A stretch of DNA of 59,890 bases, the filler included, from Trypethelium eluteriae (taxonomy: Eukaryota): assembly GCA_051942245.1 (NCBI GenBank). It is 3 parts of 3 records of this genome, joined end to end, with 100 filler letters (N's around TTAATTAATTAA, not from the genome) between each part and the next. Parts side by side here need not be neighbours in the genome. Positions count along the whole stretch, not along the records: positions 40,039 to 59,890 come from JAVECL010000513.1; 2 more parts are not named here. One strand, written 5' to 3'. Each line of letters opens with the position of its first letter. Position 1 is the stretch's first letter. The position numbers and the translations under genes are program-made. The notes under the pieces were generated by a model. The model searched no databases, was not told where the DNA came from, and saw only the letters and a program-made list of their open reading frames with translations. Of the stretch, positions 45,501-58,593 are shown piece after piece.

Positions 45501-46721
45501 GCAGATTCGATAGAAAGGGCCATGAAATCGAGTGGAACCCCAATCGGTATTTTTGGGGCAAAATCTATGCGTATAGGAGTGGAAGTGGTTCACTCGTGGC
45601 TCGTTTGGGTTGTAAAGGACAATCGAAAATTGAGTCGCAACACTTGGACGTTGTGCGGTCGCCTCCACCGAGGGTTCTTTGAGAGGCGGAAGAGGCGTTT
45701 GCTGGGTCTTCATGCCACTAGATGTGGATTGGTCTGGTAGAGTTTCCATTTGTGTGTCGCCATGTCCCGCATCCGTGATTGACTCCGATGGTTTTTCTGC
45801 ATCTGTATCAAAACTGACGCACTCGATGTAGACACTGAGATATTCCGAATCATTTCCTCTAGGGTAGAATTTTATCTGCCAATCGTAGCCCCCAATGTTG
45901 ACAATCGGAGAACGCATGAGTGCTTCGTGGTTGGGCTTTTCTTTCGTTCCGTTATAGTTTGTCACTGTCCAATGGATTCTACCACTTGTATTTGGCGTAT
46001 ATTCTGGGTCGTGAAGGTCAAAAAAGGTCTGATTTTCCCAATACTCATGGTCTTCTGCACTGTGTTCCACCTTATCCTCGATCTCTTTGAGCTCAGTCTC
46101 ATTTGGAGATGAAGTGTCTTCTGGTAGCGGACGCCATCGCTCGTTACTATGGTCGTAATCGCCATCGGACATCTCTTGATCTTCAGGAGGGGGTGGTGGA
46201 GGCGGTGAGCCTCGACTAGAATGCACTGGGGGAGCGGTCAACGTCGGATCCTCGTCCCTACTCGTAGAGATAGGAGGCTCAGTATCTCCTGAAGAATCAA
46301 CACTGCTACCATTCGATGACACTCTGACAAGGTTCTCGTTGCGCGGATGAGCGGTACCTGAGAGCTCAGCACCCGTTGTGTTCACAACCATGTGTGGATT
46401 CGCCTCAGATTGAGCCGGTCCGGCTTCAGGTTCAATGTCGATAGTAGACCCTCTGTCATGATTCTGCCCTTGAACCGGGGTGGGTAGAGTCATTGACACA
46501 TCCATATCAACATCCTCTTCGGCCAAGCGGAGGGTCTCGGAGGACCCAGATGGCGGTGGAATGGGAAGCTCGCCAGGAATCTCACCTGATTCGTCTGAAG
46601 ACGGCGGCGGAACGTTATTCGCGAGGTTGGAGGGAAAAGGAAGAGGGCGAGGTGAGGAGGAACGACGACCGAAGAGGAGCGGTGGTGGGTCCGGAGGCGT
46701 GGATCTGGTCGTAAGGCTCAT
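42570..46721 (-). CDS. MATH + USP-like + MORN repeats + C-terminal RING protein, 1383 aa
   Basis: MATH (IGGYDWQIKFYPRGN..EYLSVY, DWG); USP-like region (LELDRQAFD, YILYGHVSHRG, WYRYN); MORN repeats (YRGDFALGKRHGHG, YEGSFESGLLSGKG, YTGGWKNGKRHGQG); RING CKIC...CGH..C..C....CPVCR. Confidence 0.88.
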   Translation of the reverse strand: MSLTTRSTPPDPPPLLFGRRSSSPRPLPFPSNLANNVPPPSSDESGEIPGELPIPPPSGSSETLRLAEEDVDMDVSMTLPTPVQGQNHDRGSTIDIEPEAGPAQSEANPHMVVNTTGAELSGTAHPRNENLVRVSSNGSSVDSSGDTEPPISTSRDEDPTLTAPPVHSSRGSPPPPPPPEDQEMSDGDYDHSNERWRPLPEDTSSPNETELKEIEDKVEHSAEDHEYWENQTFFDLHDPEYTPNTSGRIHWTVTNYNGTKEKPNHEALMRSPIVNIGGYDWQIKFYPRGNDSEYLSVYIECVSFDTDAEKPSESITDAGHGDTQMETLPDQSTSSGMKTQQTPLPPLKEPSVEATAQRPSVATQFSIVLYNPNEPRVNHFHSYTHRFCPKNTDWGSTRFHGPFYRICYREPFERQALLKNDTLAFTAYIRTVDDATGCLWEHPSDSNPWDSLAMTGLHSLQSPTSATDGNIAAAISAWMLLRSFRELLYNVQIPDPSIDARRRSMHVVEQLQSILFQMRQPKSPLSGKIALDDLIDTLEFYGLAEPIRKMDIIEIWEVLRAKIEEELQGTPWCNSLSNIFGPAKDQIRGIPNHRVKIKGFKSLAKAVENVETSGNHNFPTAQVLCLELDRQAFDPEARRWKKLTDKVSLDDRVVIHGVSYILYGHVSHRGELQSGSYYSTLRPLGLGGKWYRYNNRSSDCKVTCITQREAAHEEGYASKSSRDANKGVAYIAIYICEQMLELLHTPEPEWKVPQWLQAQWLRNIRYEDSPDDWTILSLELDDFSDAVKCLKERIKISPPDEIDLQIIESKAFQSSKDSGVVNLFEDGSKDARTNPLPIIEATLPATATLQDLQEHLKERLPEVRDHRQCALFIIDSRQGCVDWPQMSRWPDCNDLALDLGVISQLCPEKRIWLHIIPFEIIEKQDRVAEAATVAGASTKSDGQPDHGQTAHEVNGQSSSSQIEPEDRTDPHEREDSPMSDVDDQATVPAASSNQPAANDPVTIEPAAASQVDGAGVPSDLEATLIAAVDSTGGTTNDSGNTTGLAPEAIMVDVPAPPIAVPPPPPPAEPEGPPRGRKSALRLEKISKIAQELDLSTLLQLYENLRSKTIKTNVYIFLKSFDVNTQTLRHVGSYTISYEDTLETIFKLLQTDKPLDLFEETNSGCRKLLSYRTFAHELIRDGAIIIAHERVTDPEKYLADGRSVDPADFIRAETNVRNFPYLSACHLTRSYFSSSYFRGSVLKGQYHGLGEHISLGNNEAYRGDFALGKRHGHGRLIFANGDVYEGSFESGLLSGKGTLVEHATGNEYTGGWKNGKRHGQGVTVWKQAEDDSGKRCKICWESDADTAFLHCGHVAACMDCAQNLDDCPVCRGRVAGVVKLWFVS

Positions 46722-47491
46722 GGTCGGAGGAGGTGAAGGACATCAAAGAGGCGACCAAGGAGGCAGGCGAGACTCTGCTTAGAGTGGGAGTAGCGAGGCA
46801 GACAACCGAAAGATTTATGAACTCCTTCAAGGCTCTACGCGGCAAACTTTCCTAGTAACGTTCTCTGCCTTGAAACGTCGAAGCTATCAGAGAGCTGTCA
46901 ATTTTGCCGCTCCTTGCAGGCGGTCAGGCCGATAGCAAGGCAACCCTGTCGAGGGTTCGGAAAGAAAGGCTGATACTGTACGCCTGGCTGAACTGATTTC
47001 AACGGTCTTACTATCCCACAAGGCGCACAAGAGTCTAAAGATGAGAACGATACAGAGTTGCGACTTCACTTCGAAAAGGTGGCATAGGTGAAATGTCAGA
47101 GCTTATGACGACTTATGACAGCTCAGCGCGGTCATGTAGGCAGCGGCTACAATGCGTGATTCACTAGATGACTGATTGGCGAATTCAGTCACGGTAGACG
47201 CATGGAAACACGGGCAAGGCGGATACGCCGCTGATCCATGTCAGGCCATCGCCACCACCGTTCTTCGGGTTAGCTTCCGCCATCATTCTCGTCACGACCT
47301 GGCCAGTTGGCGGGAATTTTTTGGTGGACAGTTGCTGCCTTCGGCACACGGCGTTCCACACGTGCGAGCAAAAGCAAGAGCCGGTGAACAGAACGATCAG
47401 CCTTGAGCAGCTTCCGGCCCGTCTACTTTGGCATATCCATCAATCGATGCAATGATAAGGTGCTCTGTACTCCATCTATCAGTCCGGACGG

Positions 47492-48670
47492 TCATCCCAC
47501 GCGGGCAAATGTCGCTGCAACAATGAGCGGGAACGCTATCGTGGCTTCCGCATATACCTAGGCCGTCCTAGATTAGCATCATTTCCTCCACCGCTCTGAA
47601 GCCAGCTCTGACTCACCTTGACGCTATCACCATCTGCTTTGATTTTTCCCCAACTGACAGCTTCATCTGGCCGTGCTCCTGCATCGCTTCCGTCAAATTC
47701 CTGTGCAGTATTAATGTATACTGCACTCTCCGCCCCGTTGCGCATGAGACAGGCGTTGGCGATATGATGCTTTACAAGTCCACCCCCAAGAATGATCATG
47801 CCCGCTCGTCTTGCCTTGACTGATATCGAGTTAATCTTCCGTATGTCTTCCACGATGTCGATGCGAAGCTGCTGGGGCGATGCTTTGTATGTGTGAAAAT
47901 AGAGCATATCTCCAAGACTGCCGTCGGTAAGAGCCGGACAAAATACAGGGATATCATTCTTCCAAGCCCAGTAGTAGATGGATCGTTCGTCATCAATTTC
48001 CTCACCCAAGCGCCGAACGACTTTACTTGGGGTCCAGTGAAGAGGTTCCGCTGCGTCTCTGCTGGCTTCTTGCTCTTCCAGCATTCGGTCAAAGATCGGC
48101 ACCACCCAGTCTTCGAAGGCGCAATAGTTACTGTTTGGCACGAAAAGATTTCCAATTCGATTTCGACCCTTTTCTCGCATCTCTGCGCCTTTATCAGTGA
48201 AAGATCCGAGATAAGTTGGGCCAAGGCACTTGATGAAATCCTCCTCAACGCCACCAGCTGTTGTTACTATGGCCGAAACATGCTTGTGTTGAACAAGATG
48301 ACGGACAGTCTCGCGTAGGCCGGAGGAGACAAGATTTGACGTATATCCCAGGAAAATAGTAGTCTTTTCTCCAGTCTCCGAATCCCTCCAAGACCTCTGC
48401 ACAGGGGTTTAGAGGCATAATTTCCAAATTTTGCAAGTGCTAGATTCGTACCATGTCATTAATAATGCGGATGGCTTCACCAATTGATGTCGCCTGGAAG
48501 CCCATCCCTCCCATTCCCTCAACCAACTCCTGAACGGTGATGTCGCGGCTTTTGAATTGATCAAACTCAATACCCTGTACCTTCCTTGCCCCTTGTTCGA
48601 CGGGCTCAGAAGCTTTCAGTACGGCGCTCGTGGCCTCGGAAGGAACTACAGATTCACCATTCGTTGCCAT
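47492..48670 (-). CDS. DYS1: Deoxyhypusine synthase, 354 aa; exons 48670-48452, 48396-47617, 47557-47492
   Basis: [71 protein letters not shown]. Confidence 0.96.
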
Positions 48671-50624
48671 TCTGAATAGTCACTTAAGTGTCGGGATAAT
48701 ATTAAATCTTTGGGATCACAAAGTCAGAGACCCAGATGATCGATCCGCATGGATATGGATATAGAACGAAGTTAGCCTCTAATGACTTTAGGGCAAAGAA
48801 AAAAGGATTGGTCACTGTAGTATTTAGTAAGGCTATTTCGCTAGTTCATCTGCGCTAGTTCATCTGCCGATTACGCTTAAACTTTGAATGAAAACGGCAC
48901 ACAATCTTAAATTTCTGCATCTCCGAAAATTTGCCGATTCTCCCACAAGCATGATCGGGTTTGTCCGTGGTGCGCGTTTACTTAAGCCATATGGGATTGA
49001 GGGGTGGGAGCTAAGCCGAACTGCACCGCCACATTCTCGCTACCAGCGTGCAGTGCTGGGTATGCGACAGTCGACCCCCACAGTGTGCTTTGAAGAGATC
49101 TGGAAACTCAGCTTCGATCAAATCTACAGTCGAGATGGAACCACCGAACGATCCCATCCCTTCTAGGTCGCCTAGCACCAGTGGTATCCTAGGCCGAACT
49201 ATGGTAATATAGGTACGTAGGTAATTCGCGCTCAAGGCTCTAGAAGACGGGGTTTCGGCTAGGGGCGCCTTGTGAAAAGCCCACGTCACGATCATCGGGA
49301 CAGGCCACCAAGGCGCTTCAAGCCTTCCTTGCAGCCGCCAAACGCGAGTCATCGCTTCCCAGATTTGCCCTAGCCAATCTCCCGAGGTCGCCCGTTTCAC
49401 ATCAACGGTTTCGGAGACATACAATTTTCCTTGGAGGTGGACAAGCACAATGGTGTCCGTACGTTCTTTACACTTCTAGCTATGGGGATCGACAGCCAGA
49501 GATGAGCTTGAAGGTGAAGCAGGTGTAGCCTGACGCAAATACTGCATGCAAGGGTGTGACGGCGCCGCAGCGGAGGACAAGCCCCTGGAGCAGAGCACCG
49601 ACATCTGAAGTAGGGCGGGCTGGGAGCGCGCTGATTGGATAGGAGATTGAAGATGCGTGTGGACGAGGGAAGCCGGCCTGCAAAGGTTCCACGCCAAGCC
49701 CCATGCAGAAAATCAGAGCATGGCCATTGCCGTTTGCCGGCTCCATCCTGCATCATGGGCAACCATTTAGCAACAAACTGCCACAACCTTGCAAGTGCAT
49801 CTGCTTACTACGACGACTCGCTGCCACGCAAGGTGCACTTCCCCAACTTCCTCCTCTCCTCTGTCTCCAATTCCGCCCATTTGCCTCTCACGACGTGGAG
49901 CTCCACCCCGGGAACCGAGCGTTTGACGTCGTGCCCTTCTCTGCCAAAGATTGGGCGCGCTACCGCTGTTAGGTTTGCAGACATCCAGGGCTGCGCTTTG
50001 TGGGCAGCTGTCGGGTTCTTTGGTCGAAAACCCAGGGATCCACCATTCCAACCAGATTTGGTTCATCTGGTGCGGCTGTCGACGGCGATTCCCCACAGAG
50101 TTTCCGTGCTTGCGTGCGCTGCATCTGACCATCTGACCGTCAGTCTTCCCACTCAGTCCGAGGAGTCACGACGAGGTCGCAGTGCATCGGTCGTCGACGT
50201 GTCTACTCGTGCCTCAGCTGGGGCTCGTTCGTCTAAACTAAGGGATCCAAGCCCGCGGACCACGCAGAGAGATCCATGCGGCGTGTGGGCGCACTAACTC
50301 GCTAGCTCCGTTTTGGTCCGTCCCGCGCCTGGACCTGGAACGTCAAACCTCCAAATCTCTCGCATCGCAACTTCACGATACCCAACAATCCACCACCACG
50401 CTCATTCCACCCTGTTCGGTTACAATACAGTCTCTTCCTTTCTGATTAGTCTCAGGCTTGATACCCAGTGAAATTTGGAACCTCACTGTTCGCCTTTATG
50501 CTTCCATTCATCACTTCCACACGTGCGGCCGTCCTTTCTTTGAGATCGGGTGAAACCGCGGTACGCCACCACGGCAACCCCAACTTAATGTCCTTAAATC
50601 TATAAAGTTCGCGCTCTCTCTGTA

Positions 50625-53600
50625 ATGTCTTCGCGCTATCCCAACATTCACGACTCGCGATACCCGCCTCGAGACCGATCGCGCTCACCACCACGGTACT
50701 CTGATCGCCGTGGCTCCACTGTTTATCAATCTGCCTTCTCAGGTGCCGATGTTCCGCGTGGACCTAAAGCTCTGGTTGACCCCTCCAGACCTCCAGGACC
50801 TGGCACGCCCTCAACTGTACCCGCCGGTCCGCGAGGGCGAGGTTTTGGGGGACGGCCAGATTATCGCGACTCCCGGGATTTGCCACCATCAAGTGAAAGA
50901 GATCGCTCATGGCGAGACCGAGAATATGACAGGAGAGACCGCAGGCCATCACCTCGTGGACGATCCCCAACCCGGGATTTTCGCGAAAACAGGGAGTATC
51001 CACGTGATCTCGACACTGCTCGGGCCAGGAGAGGATCTCGAGATGGACCTCCTTCGGCAAGCTCAACGTATTCAGATCCACCATCCTTCAGTTCAGCGCC
51101 ATTTGGAAGAGGCGGTTTTGGAAGAGGTCGAGGCCGAGGTGAATATGATTACCGCGGGCGAGGAAGAGGACTGTATCCTGACGAGCGAGACGTGTTTCGA
51201 CCCCGCAGTCGATCGCGAGGACCGGCTCGACGTGAAAAAGAGTTTGTGAGGGATGATCGGGATTTTGAACGGGCGGAGGACCGTCGTTATGAACGGTGGG
51301 AGGACGATCGGAGGCCGGAGCGGGATGACCGAGATCGCGACCGCGACCGCGACCGTGATCGTGACTTTGACCGTCAACGTCGAGACTTACCTCCCACTCG
51401 CCTCGACCTTCGCCAAGGCTCTTCCTCTGCGGGCCCTTCGACGCCCCATCCTCTGTCTGCCTCCTCTTCGCATCCACCTCCTTTGGATCGGGCCGGAGGC
51501 ACAAGTACTCCACGTGATGCAGCTACCAGTAGACGAGGTTCTGCCGGCATCTTTCCCTCGGCCCATAAGGAAATTCGTCGAGAAAGTGAAAGATCTGATT
51601 CTTTCACCAGCAGAGCTGAATCGTCTCGGGAAAAGTATGCGCAACGCCCAGAATCTCCCCCACCTCAAGCACCTCAAGTTCCAGCGTTTGGCTCCTTACC
51701 TCAATTCAAAACCTCAAGCTATAATGGACCTCCATCGAACGTGTGGCGAGCACCTGTGGAAAACAAGGCATCGGAACCGACCCAGCCGGCCCCAGTCCCT
51801 CCGCAGGCACCAAAAGACGCCCCGGTTGCCCCAAAGGCACAATTGAGTGCGGCTCCTCCTACAGGACCACGGTCATCGCGACCTTTTCCAGAGCGATCTT
51901 CCGTAGGGGACTTAACCGAATCCGTCTCGCAGAACTTGCAGGATACGAAGCCCAAAGATGGCACATCCATCTCTCAACCTACAACACCTCAACCAACGCC
52001 ATCGGCAAAATTGGCGGTAGCCAACCAGACAGTTGCGGCCCGACCATCCCCGCATCAACCTGAGCCTACTGCGATAGCTCCGACTGGCCCCCGTGGCATT
52101 CCGGGTGGACCTGTGGCTGGGCCAAGGGTGGCAGCAGCACCACCACCATACTCGTTCACCAAGTCTCCCGGACAAGCTCCAGTTCGTCCATCAACTCCTC
52201 CAAACTTTGCACCACTAGGTCCAAGGAGTGCACCTCAACCAAACACTTCCCCAAAAGCTCTGGGCGTGAACGTTCCTACTGGTCCTCGAGGTAGTAGGGT
52301 AACCATGCCAACCAGGCCTGGACCTACTCCGGAGAGGAGGACCGCTGCAGCGCCGAGGGCAGGTTATGGAGCTGGTAGAGGAAGCAATCAATGGATAAGT
52401 CCGCGTGTTCAGCAGCATGTGTCCAACGTTGTGCCTGCGAAAAGAGATAGCGCCGGAGAAGAAGTTGTAAAAGAGTCCAACAGCTCACGGGGCGGACCAA
52501 AGACAGAGCTTACTCCTACACTTCAAGAAACATCAACGAAGGCGCACTCTGATGATCCCATCGATCACCAAGCAGGTGTGGTTACTCTAAAGACTGAGCA
52601 GGAAGAGCCTCAGCTCAAGTCCGTTTCCGAAAGCGACCTTATCCAGGAAGATGGAATAGTTCATATTGACGGAGGTGCTGAGTCCGCCGCTATCAAACAG
52701 TCTAGAAACGCTCCATCTCAAGTTGGCACCGGAGAAGCTCCGAGCGATGATGATGATGGCTTGGATCTAGATCTAGATGAAGAGGATTTCATGCAAACCG
52801 AAGACGATTTTGCCAAAATAAGGCAACGTCTTGAAGCATCAAAGGTCGATCTTAGCGCACGCCACGTCCGATCTTCAACACCGTTGCGGCAAATTGCGTC
52901 ACTGGCAAGAATTGCCAGTGTTGACACTGAGGCTGTGAAGTTCTTCGTACCGGAGCCTCCTAAGAGTCGTCTGGGTCTGGGCGAGCATCGATCTAGCGGA
53001 CAGGCAAAGGCTCGAAAAGCTGCGCAGGCTAGTATGCTCACCCCGAAAGCCGAGGATAGCGAAGACACAGTCATGTCAGATGACATTACTTTGCACGAAG
53101 CGTCTCCAAATCGAATGCCCAGCCCCGATCCGAAGAGTCTCCCACACCTCTTAGCAGCACCACCCACGCCACTCTCCGATCAAGCTCCTTTCCAGGAGAG
53201 CCTCGCGCTGCACGAAGAATTGAAAGACACCATTGCTGATTACTTTATGGACCACACCCAGGAACTAGATACGGAATATGAAAAGATGCGTTCTATATAT
53301 GCCACGCAGTACAAGCTATGGAAGTCGCATGTTCAGTCTTTGGATTACGAGAAGGAGCTGGCCGAAAAAATAAGGCAAAAGTCCGCAGAACCTATACCGG
53401 CACCTGAACCTGCACTGCCACCGACGACGCCAATCACGGAAAGTCGGCGTGCACACAAATTCAACACGGACTATGATGTTGAGAGGGCTCTCAAGGAGTC
53501 CATGGATACTCATAGAGAGGAGCAAGAAAAGGCTAAACGGGAGGCTTCTCAAGCCAAAGCTGATTTCACCAAGGAAGCCTGCATTCCTCCTATGCTCGAT

Positions 53601-56600
53601 ACAATCGAGCTGAGCCAGCCTAAATTCAAGGATATCAATAATCTGAGGGACCCTGCAGACCTCACAGCAATTTATGGCTTCTTCCCACCAAAAGACAATT
53701 TCACCCAAGAGGAGCACGAGATATTGGTACAAAGTTATCATCTGTTTCCAAAGAAGTGGGGTCGCATTGCTGAAGAGTTAAAACCGCGTCGGTCTTACAA
53801 AGAATGCATCAATCACTACTATGCTACTAAATGGAATGGCGAATACAAAGATAACCGCTCCAGAACCGGCAGAAGGGGTGGCCGTGTATCCAGAGGTAGA
53901 GCGGCAAAAGGACAACCACGTATGAAGTCGAGTGTTGTCACCTCTGAAATGGACACCAAACCAGATCTATACGAAGGTAACGAATTCCAGGCACCGGCCG
54001 TCAGCACAGAAAGTGGGCGTCCGCGTCGTGCTGCAGCACCAGTCAACTTTGGAGCAGAGAAAGACAATGATGGCAAGCAAGGAACTCCAACTGCTACCCC
54101 TGGGAGAAAGGCTACGGCAGCCAACCGATACGATGGTACTTCGGATCCTGCTCCACACAAGACCGTCAGAAGACCGAAAGGTGCTGGAAAAGAAAAGGTT
54201 TCAAGGAAGACAAAGGGCCAGACTGTCGCGCTTGCACCTGCCGGCTCGCCCCTGAAGACTGAAAAGGCCCTGGAGAGCAGAGCAAGCGATCAGACCGTGG
54301 AGGATATCCCACTCACAGCAAGGCTTGAAGATGCGAGCCTTTTGGCCAATCTGCAGACGGGGCAAAGTCAGCCAGGCCTTGATAAGCCGGCATCCTATCT
54401 TGAAATGCAACCCAAGCCAAGCATGCCGACACCTGCCCCTTCAGATAGGCCGAGTACCGGAGGAGGTGAAAAGGCGAAATCTCAAAATGCGACACAGCAG
54501 AGGACGGGGCCATCCAGCTATTGGTCTGTCCCTGAAGTGCAGGATTTTCCAAAGAACGTTGCCCACTTTGGGACGGATTGGACGGCTATTGCCAACCACA
54601 TGGGTACAAAGACGCAAACTATGGTAGGACGTCAGCTAGCTCACTTGTCACGATTGTACTAATAAAGACTTCCAGGTTAAAAATTATTATGTGCGTCTAA
54701 TTGAGGGAAACAGACCGGACCTGCAACACATGGCAACTCTGGCCGATCAACGGAGAGAGCGAGGTGAAGATCTGGGCCCTCCCCCAGCTGCGACCCCTCT
54801 GACCAAACGTCGATACGACAATCCTCAACCTCCAGCGCCTCGCCCGCTTGCTCCAAATCTAGAAGTCGTCGAGGTTGAGGATCATTCCCCTCCGCTCAGG
54901 CCCCAACCGCAGCAAAGCCATCAGTCTCCACGCCAGCTTTCGCTAGATTCGCGAGCACCTCCACCATTTACAGGTGCAGCTCAAGGTCAAACCGCTACAA
55001 CGAGTCGGCCTTCATCGTCATCCACAGCGCTACAGAACCAGCCTGCGCCTAAGCGGCCTTCCCAACCGCATGGTCCTCCTGTAACGGGTTACTTTCCCGA
55101 AGCCCGCGCAGAAGGCCGCTCTTCAGTGGTGGGTACGAGTGCACCACTCCAAAGCCACGTGGAGCCGCACGCGAAGCCTCAACAAGCGATAGCCGTCAAT
55201 CGAGACGCAAAGGATGACCAGTTTCGACGTCAGCTGATTGCGCAACAAGACCAGGCCATGGAACTCCAAGCTATAGAAGCTAAGCAGGCCATGGAAGCTC
55301 AGGCACATGTCCGGCTACAACAACAGGCTCGAGACCGTGGGCCATCAGCTTCTTCGGCGCAACAACAAGTCACATCACGGCCACCTGTCACGGAGGTACC
55401 GCAAATACGATCTGCTTCTATTGATCAACGCCCTGCAGCCGAGCCTCGGAGATCGCCACCCTCACAACCAAATCCACTCCCACCACGTCAATCACAGTCA
55501 AATATTCGCCATCTCATTGATCTAACTCCTCAAGTATCACACGCACCATCTCCATTAGAGACGCCTGTAAGTCAGGCGCTACCAATGCCAGCTCTGAAAG
55601 AGGAGGCTCGCTCTCATTCCGTCCCAATGCCGCTATCTGGCCCGAATCCCACTGCCGCACCATCGTCAGCACCTCGCCTGCCTCAGGAGCCTCGGAAGAC
55701 TTCTAACATAGCATCGATCTTGAATCCCTTAAATGACGAGCCTGAGGAGCCCAAACCGCGTAAGAAACCAGCGGAACAAGTATCAGCTACTCCGACGCCA
55801 ACCCAGGTTGCACCTTCACATGGATTTCCTCCCACCCAGGGTCCGTCATTCTCGCGGCGCGACTCTCATAGTGAGCCATCTATCTCGCAAGCGTCGATGC
55901 AACGTGATCAATTCGGCCGTCCAATGCCGCATCCCACGCAGGTGCCTCCTCGACTCCCACCTGACTTTGTCGCTCGAGAACAAGTTCGAGACAATGCCCC
56001 AAGACAAGAGTGGGGTCCAAGACTAGGCTACGCAGCGTACCCGCGAGCATCCTCTCCACTGCACGAGCGCATGCCAGAGAGTCGACAAGCATTTCCACAC
56101 CGTGCTTCTATTCTTGGTCCGCTCAATGATCAATCTCGTCACAACCCTTCTCCTCCACCACATCAAGGCTTTTCTCACTCTCGCACGCCTTCGTATCAAC
56201 AAACACAGATAGCGCAACCTCAGAGTCAGCAGTCACCAAACCCGCTCAATCAATCATCACAAATATTGCAGCCGAACCCGTATGCACAGCAAGGAGTGCC
56301 GCCTCCGGTCACCAGAGCACCTACTCAGACAATGCAGCCACCATCACAACAACAGCCGCCTCTATCATTTCATTCAACGTCACATCTATCTCAAAATCCC
56401 CACCAACGTCACATGAGCCTACAGCACCACCGGGAGCACGAGGTTCTATCACGCCAACACGAAGAGTCCCGCGAACGCGAGCGTGAACAAGCGCAGACCC
56501 AGGCGCACAACGCCCATTCCCATGCTCAAAATCGCTACACCCCTATCCAACATGCTGAGTCTCGATTCCCACCCCCTCCGCCTCGACAGACGACAACGAC

Positions 56601-56892
56601 ACCACTGCAACACCACAATCCTCACCAGCCTCCGCCACCTCCAGAATTTCTGCAACAACACCCGCCTCAGCAGCACGATCCCCGCTACCCACCGCCAGGT
56701 TCGAGGGAGGAAGAGCGCATGCGGATGGAACATCAGCATCAACACCAACAGGCCAGGTGGAGGGAAGATGAGGAGGCGCGAAGGAGACAGAATTTCGGGA
56801 GACATACGGATACGCGGACCCCGCCGGGTCCAGGCGGCGGATATCCGGCAGGAGGAGGAGGTATCTTTGGACCGCCACCAAGAGGACGATGA
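50625..56892 (+). CDS. SNT1: Snt1/NCoR-like SANT-domain subunit of the Set3 HDAC complex, ~2070 aa; exons 50625-54623, 54676-56892
   Basis: Two SANT/Myb motifs (FTQEEHEIL...PKKWGRIA...CINHYYATK; SSYWSVPE...FGTDWTAIANHMGTKTQTM|VKNYY), PTGPR repeats, NIASILN; 52-nt intron joins ORFs 50625 and 54691 in frame. Confidence 0.85.
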
Positions 56893-57468
56893 GCTATATC
56901 TGCGTAAAACAACCCAATTTCTCTCTGAGGAAGAGCCATTTTAGAAGATTATGTGAACGAAAAGGAATGAGAGTTAAGAGGCGCGTATGATGATGATGAT
57001 GATGGGTTTCATGAGCGGCAAGCGACCAAGCAGGAGAGCAGCTAATCTGCTGCTTCTGCACACTGTAAATATCTCCAGGATGATGACGCACGATACGATC
57101 AAAGTTGTAGTAGTTTTGTATGAAAATAGATTCTCGAATCTAGAAATACTATCGCATCTTCTCTCAGCACGTGGGCTGGCTATCTAAAAGGTCTAGTGGA
57201 AAGTAGTCGTGTGAGCAAAGCAAGCAAGTATCCACCCTCAACTCAGTCTCGCATTGATCCCACCCTCGTCAGAGCCGGCAAATTTCCACCGAGTCCGAAC
57301 TCCGCATCTCTATCCTGTGAAAGCAAACGCCTGTAGTATATTCGAAACCTGAAGAAAAGAAAGCTAATCTCCCAGATCATCATCTGCCATCTCTCCAGCC
57401 CAATCCAGCGCAGAACATACCACCCACCACTTTTTTCCCCGAGCGACGCTTCCAGATCATTCCGCAGC

Positions 57469-58371
57469 TTAGAAGGCAAACTCCTCCGCCCCACCCATCT
57501 CCATCCTCAACTGAGCATCCGCCGCCCCAGCAAACTCCTCTTCTTCGTCCCCGGAAACCCCCTTCTCATCGTCACTTGCCACCTCGCTCTTCACACGCCT
57601 ACGCGGACCCTGCATCCCGCCGCCCTCTTCGCGCACCTCCAGAACCTCCACCTCCTCTCCATCCGACTCCGCATCGTCCGACGCCGCCTCCGCATAGTTC
57701 ATAGCTGCGCGCGAAGCACGGGGCGAGACACGCTGCGGAGCCGTCCTGGGGGGTACGAGGGAGCCGCTCGGCAGCGCGACGACGTCGTCGTCATCGTCAT
57801 CATCATCATTAGCGTTGCGGTTGGAGGTTGCACCAGGGCGGCCGAAGTCAGACTCTTCTTCGTCGTCGTCGTCGTCGTCGTCGTCGGAGACAGGGGTGGC
57901 TTGTTTTTTGTTTCGGGAGTTGGCGCCAGCAGCGCGGCCGCCGCGGGGGGTGCCACCGCCGCGCTTGCGTCCTCTCTTGCTGGGAGTGCCGGAGACGTTC
58001 ATGTCGATGGTTTTGCGTTTGGTGGGAAGAGGCTTGGTAGGGGTTGGGGTAGAAGGTTTGGAAGGAGCGGTGGGGCCTTCGCGACCGCGGGCTTTGATGC
58101 CGCCGATGCGGTGCATGATTGCTTTCGGAGTGCACTCTGTTGGGAAAGTCAGTGGTCAGATCGTGGGGGAAAGTGAGGCTGGGGGGAGGTGCTTACCGGG
58201 ACCCATCTCAGCGGCGAGGGCCTGATAGTTAAGCTTGACATCGGCGGTCTTCAAAACGGCGGCGAACAGCTAGATCTTTCTTTAGCGAGAATCATGCTGC
58301 TATAGGATGTAAAAGCAAGAGAAAAAACCACTTACGCGCGCGTCGGCGTGTGAATCCCACGTCATAGGCAT
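57469..58371 (-). CDS. Small fungal nuclear protein (N-terminal Myb/SANT-like helical domain, AT-hook-like basic motifs, acidic tracts), 258 aa; exons 58371-58336, 58269-58197, 58136-57469
   Basis: Spliced N-terminus MPMTWDSHADAR|LFAAVLK...LAAEMGP|ECTPKAIMHRI; TPSKRGRKRGG, TPRGGR; canonical GTAAGT/GTAAGC donors; total length 777 nt. Confidence 0.7.
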
Positions 58372-58593
58372 CTTGCCGGTCGATGGAATGTGAAGACTTT
58401 GTTAAGGGATTCTCAGAACAATTCTTGGACGTATAAAACAAGTGGGAGGGAGGCGGGGGAAGCTGAGGTCATGTGGACTTAAATCGAAGATTGTGGAAGA
58501 CTAGAGCCGTATCAGGCGTAGAGAGTGTGAGGTTTACATGAATGGGGGGTGGGAAATGTGAGATGGAAATCGGAAGTCAGGTTGGGCAGTGTG

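Noticed and set aside
49635..50297. 220-aa ORF and overlapping ORFs upstream of SNT1
   Set aside because: Starts at a non-ATG codon, has no domain-like content, and sits in a GC-rich promoter/leader region where chance ORFs are expected.
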